From a virus: a DNA stretch of 64,000 bases. The stretch lies in IMG/VR virus record IMGVR_UViG_3300050821_005343, positions 1-64,000 of that record. One strand, 5' to 3'. Shown one piece after another: positions 7,787-17,615 of the stretch (its first letter is position 1; the number at the start of each line of letters is the position of its first letter). The notes beneath the pieces are model-generated. The model saw only the letters and a program-made list of their open reading frames with translations. It did not search any database and had not been told where the DNA came from. A program made the position numbers and the translations under genes.

Positions 7787-8299
7787 ATGCGCCTAGCCGC
7801 CGCCCTAGCCGCCTGCTTGGCCGCGACTCCCGCCTCTGCCTATTGGGTTTGCTATCCAGTCGCTAGGCCGCCTTTTCATTTGCGCCATTCGTTGCATACT
7901 ATGCATCCAACGCTGCGCCACCACCCACATCACCATAGGAGATGTCATGTTCATGTACATTGTGTTTGGATTGATGACGTTGGTGGGGGTGGTGGAGGCG
8001 GCGGTCCTGGCGGTAGTGATTACGCTAACGGTGAGGGATATTATAGCGGCGCGGCGGCGGGAGAAGGCGGCTCAGAAGCGTGGTTTCCCACGGGCGTGGG
8101 ACAAGTAGGAGGCGATGTACAGCCCGTCGAAGACATTGAAATTTATTTTAATTATAGCCAGCCACCGGCATGGTATCCGCCTAGATCTCCGCCAATCCCT
8201 CAAGTTCCCGAGCCGTCAACATGGGTCATGTTAATGCTGGGATTTGCGATTTTATTCGGCCTCAGACGCAAACATGCCAGTCAAAACATCGTTACTTGA
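7787..8299 (+). CDS. PEPxxWA-CTERM sorting-domain surface protein
   Basis: Signal peptide MRLAAALAACLAATPASA, His/Cys-rich and Gly-rich segments, C-terminal VPEPSTWVMLMLGFAILFGLRRK. Confidence 0.85.
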   Translation: MRLAAALAACLAATPASAYWVCYPVARPPFHLRHSLHTMHPTLRHHPHHHRRCHVHVHCVWIDDVGGGGGGGGPGGSDYANGEGYYSGAAAGEGGSEAWFPTGVGQVGGDVQPVEDIEIYFNYSQPPAWYPPRSPPIPQVPEPSTWVMLMLGFAILFGLRRKHASQNIVT

Positions 8300-8507
8300 C
8301 GTTTTGTGCCGGGTAGCACATTCATCGGGGCATGTGGTGGCCAAGGTTCGTTTTCTATAGCTGGACGATGCGCCATGCGTTCATTCAGCGCGTATCGTGC
8401 TGGTATCCAACAGCAGATGGGACCGGACCACCAAGCTTCCATTTCAACTCAGTCTCGCCGTTCTTCCGACGCGTCTGCAGGTTAAACGCAAACGCGGTGG
8501 AATTGTT

Positions 8508-8759
8508 ATGTCAGATGACCTTGAACGACGATCTAGACTTGTTACTTTAGCCTATGCGATAATTGGCGATATGCCTCCTCCGCCAGACGGGTTGTCCGAC
8601 AAGGAGGTATTTCTTGCTCTTGCGAGCGCTGCTTTGAAAAAGGCGGCAGAGGCAGTAATGGACACGCCGCCCATGCTTCCTCCTCCGGAACGAGAGGGCG
8701 TGCCGGATTTTATGATGTATCGCAAACGGCCAAAGAAGGATCAGGAGTCCGAAGACTGA
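8508..8759 (+). CDS. Hypothetical protein
   Basis: MSDDLERR start; convergent with the replication operon. Confidence 0.5.
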   Translation: MSDDLERRSRLVTLAYAIIGDMPPPPDGLSDKEVFLALASAALKKAAEAVMDTPPMLPPPEREGVPDFMMYRKRPKKDQESED

Positions 8760-8959
8760 GGCGGCTCGGGGAGAGGCATCCAGTGGGTGACAAGGGCTGG
8801 ATTAAACGACGGCTCAATTTGGTCGCGCTCGGCCCAGTGCCAGATTCTGGCTCCCTTAATCGGCTCGACCCAGCTAACGACTCTATGTTCTCCGTCGAAT
8901 AGGATCATGATGTAGCTGCCATCCTTCGGCGCGGTCTCTATCGGCTGCCATTTGCTCAT
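8741..8959 (-). CDS. DUF551 domain protein
   Basis: WQPIETAPKDG...THWMPLPEPP signature. Confidence 0.9.
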   Translation of the reverse strand: MSKWQPIETAPKDGSYIMILFDGEHRVVSWVEPIKGARIWHWAERDQIEPSFNPALVTHWMPLPEPPQSSDS

Positions 8960-11235
8960 TCCTCGTCGTCCTCTTCCACAGCCTCAAGGCCGTTCAACGA
9001 CATGTAGCGGAAGCCTCGCTTCTTTTTTATGGGCCTCCACCGGCCGTGGTCTGTTAGCCATTCGATCGCGTCGTTCAACTTGCGCTTGTCCATCTTGCTT
9101 ACACCTGCACGGCGAGTAAGTTCCGTCTTGGTCAAGCCTTTGGGGAAGCCTTCCACGGCCCTGAGCAGGGTCTTGCAATTGTCCTCGAACTCCGAGCCGG
9201 ACATGTAGCGGCGCATGCCGTCCTGGAGCATGGTGACGCTTTTGAAGACGATCGCCTCGCCGAACAGCACGTCGTCTACCGTTATCGCCGGAGCCGCGAA
9301 GTCTCGCGATACGGCGCGAATCATGGCCAGCTTGATCGTCTGCTCCGCGGTGCGCTTGACGAGTCCGGCAGTGTACGTCGCCTCCTCGATCATGCGCTCC
9401 TGCCAGTCCCAAACGGCGTCCCATCGCCCTTCCGCGGCCTCGTCGGCCCACGGCACCGGATATAGGAACGGATCCGCCAGCGGGTTCCTGTAGGCCGCCT
9501 TATGCGTCTGCGGAGCTGGCCACGCCTCGAAGGCAGCGTCGTAGGCTTCTTTTAGCGCGCTTGGTATACCGGCTTTGGTAGACAGCTTACGGTTGCGCAC
9601 GCTGCAGGGTTGAATGGATATGACGGTCAATCTATTAAGGAAGCCGTCTACGGTGTTCTCTTCGGTCAGTCCTTTGAAGAACAGGTCTGGCGTTGACACA
9701 CCAGCAATTGAAAAACACGGGCTGAAGATCGGCTCGCTCGAGGACAGCGTTTCGCTGCCGGCCTTGTCCTTGCCGAGGTAAATTCCTCCGACCTTGGAGT
9801 TTCCGTATAGCTCGAGCAGCGTCTTGCGACGGTTTTTGGCATATTGCGGCGAGTTGCGGCCGGAGCCCTCCTGCAGCCATGCGCCGATTTCATCCATTGG
9901 AGAAACGGAGCCGGGCTTGAAGCGGACGATTCGCTCAATCGCCGCGTCGCTACTGAGGTCGCCCGCACCGAGCATATGATCCATTCCGCCGCCGCGCAGT
10001 AAGATGTTTTTGACAGCAAATGGAACCACGTCCTTTCCATAGCCAGTCCCGGCCAGGCCGACCAAGTAGAGGTTCGGCGCCAGCCCGGACGGGCCGACGT
10101 AGCGGCGCCCCATGAACGCCGACATGATGCCGATAGCGGCCAGGAGCGACAACTCAAGCGAAGGCACGAAGCTGTTCTCAAAGATCCACTGAGCTGTAGT
10201 TTCTAGCAAGCCGCCGGCAACCTTGAAGTCGAACGGATCGAGCTTTGCTTCCGGCGCGCCGAGCGGGACTTCGACGTCGGCGGGCGGCGGGTCTGCCTTA
10301 ACCGGCTTGCGGAACACGAACTTGACCGGCTCCGGATCTTTGAAGCCCAGCCGTTCGCGCAACCACTTTTCGGCGGTGGGGAAGTCCACGGAGTGGCTTT
10401 CCATCACGACGTCTAGGGCGGTCATCCCGCGGTCGTCGCCCCAGTCCTTGATGCCCTGCGGAGAAAACCCGACGTTGGCGTTCTCGGCGCCCTTCCAGAT
10501 CGCCTTGCCGCGCCATGTGCCGTTGTGTGCGCGCTTGGCGTCGATGCCCAACTCGGGCACCCAGTCGGAAAAGCGCGTCAGGGCGACTTCGTTGATCTCT
10601 CGCCATAGGCCGCCGCCTTCTGACGCCGCCGGCCGTTCGACCGGTGCGTAGTAGCCATGGGGGGCCAAAGCTGCGCCCAGCCGTGCTGCGATGTCGTCAG
10701 GCAATAGCGGCAGGCGGTCGGTTGTGATGTGCTCTAGCGTGCTGGCCGTGAGCCATTCATATGGGCGCCCGGTGTCGGGATGGACGGTCGGAGGAAGAAT
10801 CGTTTGCTTGCCGTGGCACAGGAGATCAAGGACGCGCTCGCCGTGGACATTGTAGGCGGTGCTGACGACTGCCGGTCGCGCGCGATAGAAAAGCGTCCGG
10901 CCCTTCCGGCCCATTTTCTGTACTGGGCTTTCCTCCGGTATGGCGCCTTCGATGGCCTTGACGATCTCTGAGTTATCCGTATCGATATCCACGCCCACGA
11001 GGCCGCCGCTGGCCTTACCGAGGGCTACGCATACTTGAGCGTCTGGCCACTTCTCCCAGATCTCAGTCTCGAGCGTTGTAGGCAGGCGGTCGCAGAAGCG
11101 ATTCCACTCGATATCACCCCACCAGCGACCTTTGGAGAACGATCCGGGGCGCTTGGTGCCGGGCAAGACGGGAATAGCGCTGAAGCCTTGGTCGACGAGT
11201 CGGGCGCCGACGCGGGCATAAGGGCTATCAGACAT
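8956..11235 (-). CDS. Bifunctional primase/polymerase (Prim-Pol) fused to a DUF3987-like helicase/ATPase
   Basis: GVDID and LPPTVHPDTGRPYEW prim-pol motifs; C-terminal GTGYGKD, DEIG and DGFLNR motifs. Confidence 0.88.
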   Translation of the reverse strand: MSDSPYARVGARLVDQGFSAIPVLPGTKRPGSFSKGRWWGDIEWNRFCDRLPTTLETEIWEKWPDAQVCVALGKASGGLVGVDIDTDNSEIVKAIEGAIPEESPVQKMGRKGRTLFYRARPAVVSTAYNVHGERVLDLLCHGKQTILPPTVHPDTGRPYEWLTASTLEHITTDRLPLLPDDIAARLGAALAPHGYYAPVERPAASEGGGLWREINEVALTRFSDWVPELGIDAKRAHNGTWRGKAIWKGAENANVGFSPQGIKDWGDDRGMTALDVVMESHSVDFPTAEKWLRERLGFKDPEPVKFVFRKPVKADPPPADVEVPLGAPEAKLDPFDFKVAGGLLETTAQWIFENSFVPSLELSLLAAIGIMSAFMGRRYVGPSGLAPNLYLVGLAGTGYGKDVVPFAVKNILLRGGGMDHMLGAGDLSSDAAIERIVRFKPGSVSPMDEIGAWLQEGSGRNSPQYAKNRRKTLLELYGNSKVGGIYLGKDKAGSETLSSSEPIFSPCFSIAGVSTPDLFFKGLTEENTVDGFLNRLTVISIQPCSVRNRKLSTKAGIPSALKEAYDAAFEAWPAPQTHKAAYRNPLADPFLYPVPWADEAAEGRWDAVWDWQERMIEEATYTAGLVKRTAEQTIKLAMIRAVSRDFAAPAITVDDVLFGEAIVFKSVTMLQDGMRRYMSGSEFEDNCKTLLRAVEGFPKGLTKTELTRRAGVSKMDKRKLNDAIEWLTDHGRWRPIKKKRGFRYMSLNGLEAVEEDDEE

Positions 11236-11443
11236 CCGCGTCCTCCACCGTCCACACTTCGTCGCCGTCCAGAACGATGTCGCGGCACAAGCGGCCGGGG
11301 TGGTGCTGGAACTCGCAGTAGTGGAGCGACCAGCGGTCCCAGTACGTGACCTTCGAAAAGCGCAACGCTTCGGCCGCCCGTAGCACCGTCAGCCAGTCCG
11401 CTACGGCAGCGGCTGGTTGCGTGGTATGCAACTTGCTGGACAC
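11228..11443 (-). CDS. Hypothetical protein
   Basis: Coupled ORF upstream of the primase. Confidence 0.5.
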   Translation of the reverse strand: MSSKLHTTQPAAAVADWLTVLRAAEALRFSKVTYWDRWSLHYCEFQHHPGRLCRDIVLDGDEVWTVEDADV

Positions 11444-11712
11444 TAAAACGGCGCCGTACCTAGATCCATTTGGCGGCGGATAGAATCCCCGACGCCCAGA
11501 AAGACAAAACGAACGAACTCGAACCCCTCCTCTTCGCTCATCCCCAAGTGCTCCCTCACCGTAGCGGCCATTTCGGAGATTGCCGTCTTTTCCCATTCGT
11601 CTAGATTCTTCGTAGTCATGGGCAAACACTCCTCGCAGACATCTTTGTTTCTGGATTTGAACATTGCGGTTCGGCGGCAGATGACACAGGCTGTGGGACA
11701 CCAGGTGGTCAC
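11443..11712 (-). CDS. DUF6511-like Zn-finger protein
   Basis: PTACVICRR...C..C and C-terminal APF; typical position before the primase. Confidence 0.65.
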   Translation of the reverse strand: MTTWCPTACVICRRTAMFKSRNKDVCEECLPMTTKNLDEWEKTAISEMAATVREHLGMSEEEGFEFVRFVFLGVGDSIRRQMDLGTAPF

Positions 11713-11833
11713 AGGTGCAACCAGACGGCCACGCGCTGCCCGTCGACCCAAAAGCGGACGATTGTCTCGCGGGGATTGGCCAACCCCGGCCAGATCGAGC
11801 CGCCGGTGACGATGCGGAGGAAGTCGGCGTCGG

Positions 11834-12520
11834 TCATAACAGCGACTCCTGCCTCGGCTTAACCGGCTCGTCGAACGGCAGGCGCGGGCGAGACAGCGCC
11901 TCGGTTATGCGTCGGCGAGCGATGTCGAAATATTTAGGCTCGCGCTCTATGCCGATAAATGAGCGGCCAAGATTTACGCAGGCTACGCCAGTAGTGCCCG
12001 AGCCCATGAAGGGGTCGAGGATGGTTTCCATTCCTGGCGGCAATTGATCAACGCACCACTCCATCAGACCTAGCGGCTTTTGGGTGGGGTGAAACTTTGG
12101 ATCGCCGCCGTTTATGGACTGAGATTTCCAGCGATAGATTTTCGCTGGTTTTCTCATATTGGTCCACGCAAGCTCGGCCATTGCCAGCGTGAATTGTTCA
12201 GGCTGGATCTTGTCCCAAATCAAAAAGCATGGTGACGGAGGGAGGCGAAAATAGTTCCCGCCGAATATAATTGCATACTGGCAGGCATCTAATATCGAGG
12301 CAAAAGTGTCCTCGTCAGGAGGGGCGGAATCCCACTGCGACTCCCCTCTGAAATCGCTGCCCTCCTTCGTAACCTTGCCGATGCCAGTACCAGCATTGAT
12401 CCCATACGGCGGGTCAGTCACCACCGCATCCACGCGTCCGATCAGCGGCAGCACCTCGCGGCAATCGCCAAGCCAAATCTCGACACCGTCGGCTAGCGTC
12501 TCTTTGCGAGGGGCGGTCAT
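11834..12520 (-). CDS. DNA N6-adenine/N4-cytosine methyltransferase (beta class)
   Basis: TDPPY, HPTQKP and LDPFMGSGTTG motifs. Confidence 0.95.
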   Translation of the reverse strand: MTAPRKETLADGVEIWLGDCREVLPLIGRVDAVVTDPPYGINAGTGIGKVTKEGSDFRGESQWDSAPPDEDTFASILDACQYAIIFGGNYFRLPPSPCFLIWDKIQPEQFTLAMAELAWTNMRKPAKIYRWKSQSINGGDPKFHPTQKPLGLMEWCVDQLPPGMETILDPFMGSGTTGVACVNLGRSFIGIEREPKYFDIARRRITEALSRPRLPFDEPVKPRQESLL

Positions 12521-13092
12521 TCTGCGGCCAATGTTGTTTGGTATGCAACTTCGGAGTCAAGCGGAAGCGGCAGCGTTTCCGGTTCTTGCGTTGCCTTGCT
12601 GGGCTTTTCCTTAGCCTTCGCGAACAGCATGCGCCGCTCAATGTCGGCTTGGTATTCTTCCTCGCGCTCAATCAGCACGGCGCTGAAGCCTTCGCGCCAA
12701 GCGGCTTCGCCTGTCGTGCCGGTCCCGGCAAAACAATCCAAAACGGTTCCGTTGGGAGGCGTGATCAACCGCACCAGCCATTGCATGAGCTTGACGGGCT
12801 TGACGGTCGGATGCTTGCTGAGCGCGCGGTCGGCTTTTGAAGCCTTTGCGGAATAAAAAAAGCGAGCGACGGAGCCGGAGTCCATGTAGCCGCCACGATA
12901 GGTGTCGTCGGCATACTCTCCGTAAACATCAGCAGCCTTGGTGTACTTTTCCCCGGCGCAGTTTGGGCGGCCGTTTACGCCAGTGCTCGGAAACGCCGCC
13001 AGCACTTCGTCCTTGGCTGGGTTTGCGCGCTTGCGGAATAGGCTCCGCAGATGCTCTGGCAGATGTTCGAATTCTCTCTCGCTCAGAATCAT
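12517..13092 (-). CDS. DNA methyltransferase, C-terminal (SAM-binding) piece
   Basis: ARFFYSAKA, HPTVKP and LDCFAGTGTTG present; no DPPY. Confidence 0.88.
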   Translation of the reverse strand: MILSEREFEHLPEHLRSLFRKRANPAKDEVLAAFPSTGVNGRPNCAGEKYTKAADVYGEYADDTYRGGYMDSGSVARFFYSAKASKADRALSKHPTVKPVKLMQWLVRLITPPNGTVLDCFAGTGTTGEAAWREGFSAVLIEREEEYQADIERRMLFAKAKEKPSKATQEPETLPLPLDSEVAYQTTLAAE

Positions 13093-13709
13093 GCCGCAAG
13101 TTTCCTTCCGTGTTCGGCGTAGTGACAAGGCTCGCAAAGAGTCTCGCCGTTGTTGATGTCGAAGATGATCGCCGCATGACGACGCGCGTCATCGCGGTTC
13201 TTAACGCCAAGACGTTCAATCAACTCGGACATCGGGATCTGGTGGTGGCTCTCAAGCCTATCCATTGAGCCGCAACGAACGCAGCATCCGTCGCGCTCTT
13301 TAACGGCATCAGCCCAGCGGCGATTCTCGAACATTTGACGGATAGACGTATTTAGCCGCGACGACCCACCATTCCAATTCACATTCAGTTCCCCACGCGT
13401 CTTAACGCCGCGCATAATCGCTATGGATGGGTCTTCAGCGTGGACGCGCTTGAGCGTTATCGCGCGCTTCTCTCTTGTCTCGGGCGTGTCTTTTCTGCCG
13501 TTGCGATAATTGAATCCCTTCTTACGCGCCGTCGCCAAAGCGCGATGCTGCGCGTCGGTGATTCCAGCTACCTTCTGAGCCTCGCTGCGGTGCGCCATGC
13601 ACGCCGCGTAACGCGCCCTTGCTTGGTCGGACGCGCGCCTATAGAGCGGCTTCGCGCAAATCAAGCAGGACGTGTTAGGCGTTCTCACGGAACCACCCAG
13701 ACAGTTCAT
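13089..13709 (-). CDS. HNH homing endonuclease inserted in the methyltransferase gene
   Basis: NWNGG, V.ERD..C..CG...HH...NG.TLC..CH..EH; the start may be the GTG at 13688. Confidence 0.88.
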   Translation of the reverse strand: MNCLGGSVRTPNTSCLICAKPLYRRASDQARARYAACMAHRSEAQKVAGITDAQHRALATARKKGFNYRNGRKDTPETREKRAITLKRVHAEDPSIAIMRGVKTRGELNVNWNGGSSRLNTSIRQMFENRRWADAVKERDGCCVRCGSMDRLESHHQIPMSELIERLGVKNRDDARRHAAIIFDINNGETLCEPCHYAEHGRKLAA

Positions 13710-14709
13710 GCAGTTGCGACTTAGTGATGTCTGGCCTTATTTCGTACTCGTCTTCAGGCCAAGAAAGGCAGAGATTGGCGGGCCATCTCCCGAGGGGCGA
13801 GCCGGATAGCGGGACGTCCAAGTTGCTGCCAAGACCGTCGCGACCTTGCCAGCCCTCGCCTCCTCGACCGTTTGGATACGAATACGGCTTGTCGCCACTC
13901 TCCACCCTACACCCATCCACATTGATCGCGCCCGTTCCCCAGCGCAGGACGTTCGCAGCGACTGTCTTTTCCGACAGAGGCTTGCGGGCGAGGCAGATTG
14001 GCTCCCATGCGGGCTTTAGAGCAGTGCCGAAGCCATCGTAATGTTTTGCTTGCTCAGAACTCGGGAGATAGATGCGGCCGACGTTTGCGACAGCCTCAGG
14101 ATCGTCCATCCAAGGACGTCTCCAACCCTCGTTGGTCTCCTCTTCGCTGTTAAATTTACCCTTGTCGATAAAGTGTTGATGCGCTGGCGACTTGGCGCTG
14201 CCAAACGATCCAGAAACGCCGAGTTCCTTATCGATAAATCTCGCTACGTTCTGGCTCTTTGGAAAACCCGAACCATAGGTCCAAGCCAATTGATCCCTAA
14301 TCTCAAACCCCGCGTCCTCGATCGCGCACGCCAGCCGGTGGTAGGAGCGCGTACCGCCGAACGCTGCGACATGCGCTCCTGGCTTCAAGACGCGCAGGAC
14401 TTCGGCCCAGAATTCCACGGAGAAGGCTGTCTCGCCGGTGTCCCAAGTTTTTCCCATGAAGCCGCGCGATAGGCGCTTGTACTGCGCGCCTCTGTTCGGC
14501 GGCTGCGCGTCGGCGTTGGATTCCATGTTAGAGCGCGCCGAATAGTCCGCATCAGCACCAAACCGCTTCGTGATGCTAACCAACGCATACGGCGGATCTG
14601 TACACACCGAGTCCACGCTGTTGTCCGCCAGCCCGCGCACGACATCCATTGCGTCGCCACCATGCAAGGAAACGCGCCCGTCGAGAAAGGTTTTCAAGAT
14701 TCGCTCCAT
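13675..14709 (-). CDS. DNA methyltransferase, N-terminal (catalytic DPPY) piece
   Basis: TDPPY, RVLKPG, GFEIRD..W.YGSGFPKS, GTALKPAWEPI, GRWPANL; no motif I. Confidence 0.9.
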   Translation of the reverse strand: MERILKTFLDGRVSLHGGDAMDVVRGLADNSVDSVCTDPPYALVSITKRFGADADYSARSNMESNADAQPPNRGAQYKRLSRGFMGKTWDTGETAFSVEFWAEVLRVLKPGAHVAAFGGTRSYHRLACAIEDAGFEIRDQLAWTYGSGFPKSQNVARFIDKELGVSGSFGSAKSPAHQHFIDKGKFNSEEETNEGWRRPWMDDPEAVANVGRIYLPSSEQAKHYDGFGTALKPAWEPICLARKPLSEKTVAANVLRWGTGAINVDGCRVESGDKPYSYPNGRGGEGWQGRDGLGSNLDVPLSGSPLGRWPANLCLSWPEDEYEIRPDITKSQLHELSGWFRENA

Positions 14710-14817
14710 ATGCAAGAAGTCGCGTACCATGCCACAAGCGGCGCGCAAAGCAATACTTGTTTTCACGCCAAGTCGCGCACGTTACGATTTTTCACGTCCA
14801 GTTACGATTTTTCGCGG

Positions 14818-16422
14818 CTATTCCGCCGCAACGGCCAGCGCTGCAGGACGCGCGTCGACCACGTTGATCCACTTGTCCTTCGGCTTGACGGCGATCTCAG
14901 TCGTTGGCCTAAGTTCCGCAGCCCGCGACATCCACGAAACAGCCGTTCGCGGCAGCGGCATCTGCCCGCCGTGCGCAAGCCAGAACTTGTCTGCGATCTT
15001 GCCGCGGAAGTCTGTATGCTCTGGAGAATACCAAGCTTTGTGCGTCACGATGCCGCATCGGAATTTCGCCAGCACGCTTGTCGGCCTCTCCGGCTTGTAG
15101 TGCATCGCGAACGTCCGCTCGCTAACCCGCACCCACTCGGCCGGCGCGTTGCCCATGATCGCCATGGCGCTCGCTTTGGCGGTCAGCTTGCTTACGGCGC
15201 TGGGCGTGAACACATGGCCGCAGTCTGGGCATTCCATTATGCTGGCGTGTATTAGCGAGTGGCACGTCGGGCATTCCTTGACCGGCGCGACTCCGCCGCC
15301 TGTTTTCTCTCCGGGGGGCTTCACGCAATCGACCGGGCCGTGGGTGCGGATGAGGCCGGCGAAGTCCAGCACCAAGCAGTTGTCCTTCCCCGGCGCATTG
15401 CGCGTGCCGCGGCCCATCATCTGGACGTACAGGCTGGCCGATGCGGTCGGCCGGAGGGCCATGATCATGTCCACTCCAGGCGCGTTGAAGCCGGTGGTCA
15501 GGACGTTCGCATTAGTCACGCATCGGATATGACCTGCCTTGAAGTCTTCGAGAATACGACGCCGTTCCTCCGAAGGGGTCGCTCCCGTAATGGTCTCCGC
15601 CACAAATTGTCGTAGTCGAATCTCGTCTCGAACGTGATAGGCGTGCTCGACACCAGAACAAAAGGCGAGCCATGACTTGCGGTCCCGCCCATACGCGACC
15701 GCTTCGTCAATCGCACGACGCGTTGTTTCGGTTTTGTCAACCGCAGCTTGAAGTTGTTTCTCAATGTATTCGCCTCCTGATTTGCCAACGCCTGTTAGGT
15801 CAAAGCCCGTCTCGGTTGCTTTGGTGACGAGCCGTGCTAGATAGCCGTCTCTAACTCCGTCGCTGATGCCGTAGGTGTAGACTATGCGGTCGAACATCGC
15901 GCCGTCGCCTTTGTCTAACCGGCCGGAGCCGAGGCGGTACGGAGTCGCGGTCAAACCAGCGACGCGCATGTCAGGATTAGCCAAGCGCAGCTCGGCTATA
16001 AAGCGTCCGTACATCGTGGACGCCTTACGCGGCACAAGGTGCGCTTCGTCGATCAGCAGCAAGTCAACAGAGCCGAACGCCGCGGCGTTGCGATGCGCGG
16101 TTTGAATGCCGGCGAAGATGATTTGCTGACGTGTCGCGCGTGCTGTCTTGCCAAAGCCTGCGCTGTGGATACCGGCATAGTCAGCGCCCCGCCACCAATT
16201 GGCTAGGAATTCCTTGTAATTCTGTTCGATGAGTTCCTTAACGTGCGTTACTACGACAATTTTCTTGTCGTAACTTCTAACTACCGCTTTACAAAGCTCG
16301 GCCAGAACAAGCGACTTTCCTGTCCCGGTAGCCATGTCGACTAGCGGCGAACCGCTGTCCGTCTCTAAAAAATCTAAGACGGCGTCGACGGCGGCTCGCT
16401 GATATGGTCTAAGCGTGTGCAC
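14818..16422 (-). CDS. SF2 DEAH helicase with C-terminal Zn finger
   Basis: ATGTGKS, DEAH, TATP, QMMGRG.R, CPTC...CPDCG. Confidence 0.95.
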   Translation of the reverse strand: MHTLRPYQRAAVDAVLDFLETDSGSPLVDMATGTGKSLVLAELCKAVVRSYDKKIVVVTHVKELIEQNYKEFLANWWRGADYAGIHSAGFGKTARATRQQIIFAGIQTAHRNAAAFGSVDLLLIDEAHLVPRKASTMYGRFIAELRLANPDMRVAGLTATPYRLGSGRLDKGDGAMFDRIVYTYGISDGVRDGYLARLVTKATETGFDLTGVGKSGGEYIEKQLQAAVDKTETTRRAIDEAVAYGRDRKSWLAFCSGVEHAYHVRDEIRLRQFVAETITGATPSEERRRILEDFKAGHIRCVTNANVLTTGFNAPGVDMIMALRPTASASLYVQMMGRGTRNAPGKDNCLVLDFAGLIRTHGPVDCVKPPGEKTGGGVAPVKECPTCHSLIHASIMECPDCGHVFTPSAVSKLTAKASAMAIMGNAPAEWVRVSERTFAMHYKPERPTSVLAKFRCGIVTHKAWYSPEHTDFRGKIADKFWLAHGGQMPLPRTAVSWMSRAAELRPTTEIAVKPKDKWINVVDARPAALAVAAE

Positions 16423-17242
16423 GGGCGCGCCATTCTTGGCTTACACGAGCAGCCGCCGGATCTCCAACAAGACACGGCTTTACCTTAGTCTTATTGCCAT
16501 CAGGCAATCTCCTGACGTGGCCACGGCGCCAATGAAGTCTTGGGGATGCGTGCGTGCCACTGCGATCAGACATCTCAACGACAGCAGAACTTGTATCTAT
16601 GGTAACTATTTTATGACCAGAAATAGGACAGGCTCCGCGTTTTTCTCTTGCTTTGTTGAGGTTTTCCGGAGCGGCTTCGTCCGTTATTCTGACATGCTTT
16701 GTTTCCAAGCACACTAACGATTGCAGAACTCTTTGGGCAGAATGGGTTGCCTGACCTAAGTTAGCATCAACCAACTTGTGTTCAGATGCGAACTCTAGTT
16801 TGTTAATTACAACTCCTCCCTTATCAAGATTTTTCCCAGTATATATACAAGTAGCCCAAGGCATAATCAACCATGCGTTATCCACTCTAATGATCTGCTG
16901 AATGGTAAACCCATGATAACTCTTAACAACCAAATCACATACTGCTATGCTTTTGTCCTTGACGATGCCGCCAAAATTAAAAAGAACTATATCAAATGGC
17001 AACGGCAACATATCTTCGTGGAACGCTTCAATTGCCGTTCCCAACAGTGCGTCGCAGAACGTCGTAGTAATGGTGGATATGTCGAATCCGTGCGCCATAG
17101 ACAGACCACTGCGTAGCTTAGACATCTCTAGGTCTACTATAGGTCCGGTGAACGATCCTGGCGGCTTTGGAAATGGATATCTAGTCTCTCCAGTCGCCAT
17201 GCCGTCGATTATTTTGTGTCGATAATCCAGCGGTGCCTCCAT
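16409..17242 (-). CDS. Hypothetical phage protein (HWRRGH motif), low GC
   Basis: C-terminal HASPRLHWRRGHVRR; AT-richer than its neighbours. Confidence 0.75.
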   Translation of the reverse strand: MEAPLDYRHKIIDGMATGETRYPFPKPPGSFTGPIVDLEMSKLRSGLSMAHGFDISTITTTFCDALLGTAIEAFHEDMLPLPFDIVLFNFGGIVKDKSIAVCDLVVKSYHGFTIQQIIRVDNAWLIMPWATCIYTGKNLDKGGVVINKLEFASEHKLVDANLGQATHSAQRVLQSLVCLETKHVRITDEAAPENLNKAREKRGACPISGHKIVTIDTSSAVVEMSDRSGTHASPRLHWRRGHVRRLPDGNKTKVKPCLVGDPAAARVSQEWRARAHA

Positions 17243-17285
17243 TGTCGATTAGCACGCAAACTTATGGCATACTACGCAACAACCG

Positions 17286-17615
17286 TCAAATAGAAACCCC
17301 GTCGTCGAGAACATTTTCTAGCAGCACTGAGTCGGCCAGAGCCGTTGCCACGTCCGCCATCATCGCCCCCACGCTTTTGCCCCTGGCTGACGCCGATGCG
17401 TGTAGGCTGCGCCACGCCTCGTCATCGACAGTAAAGACGACAGGCTTGCCGGGGGAGCGCTTGTCTTCGGTCATTCCCTCAAGAAGCAGCCTGTCTCTAA
17501 CGGCGTATTCCGAGCAGCCAATGGCTCTAGCGATGTTTGACCGATGCTCGCCGGCCCTGAACATCTCCAAGGCCAGCGCTACCAACTCAGGAGTCCATTT
17601 GGTACGCTTTCTCAC
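17286..17615 (-). CDS. GcrA-like HTH DNA-binding protein
   Basis: WT.E......M...G....IA..IG.S..AV N-terminal pattern. Confidence 0.55.
   Translation of the reverse strand: MRKRTKWTPELVALALEMFRAGEHRSNIARAIGCSEYAVRDRLLLEGMTEDKRSPGKPVVFTVDDEAWRSLHASASARGKSVGAMMADVATALADSVLLENVLDDGVSI

Noticed and set aside
13000-13770. Split intein in the methyltransferase (N-piece tail starts CLS..., C-piece leader ends ...AN)
   Set aside because: The two added segments total only ~55 aa, too short for a HINT fold, and the residue after Asn is Pro rather than Cys, Ser or Thr.
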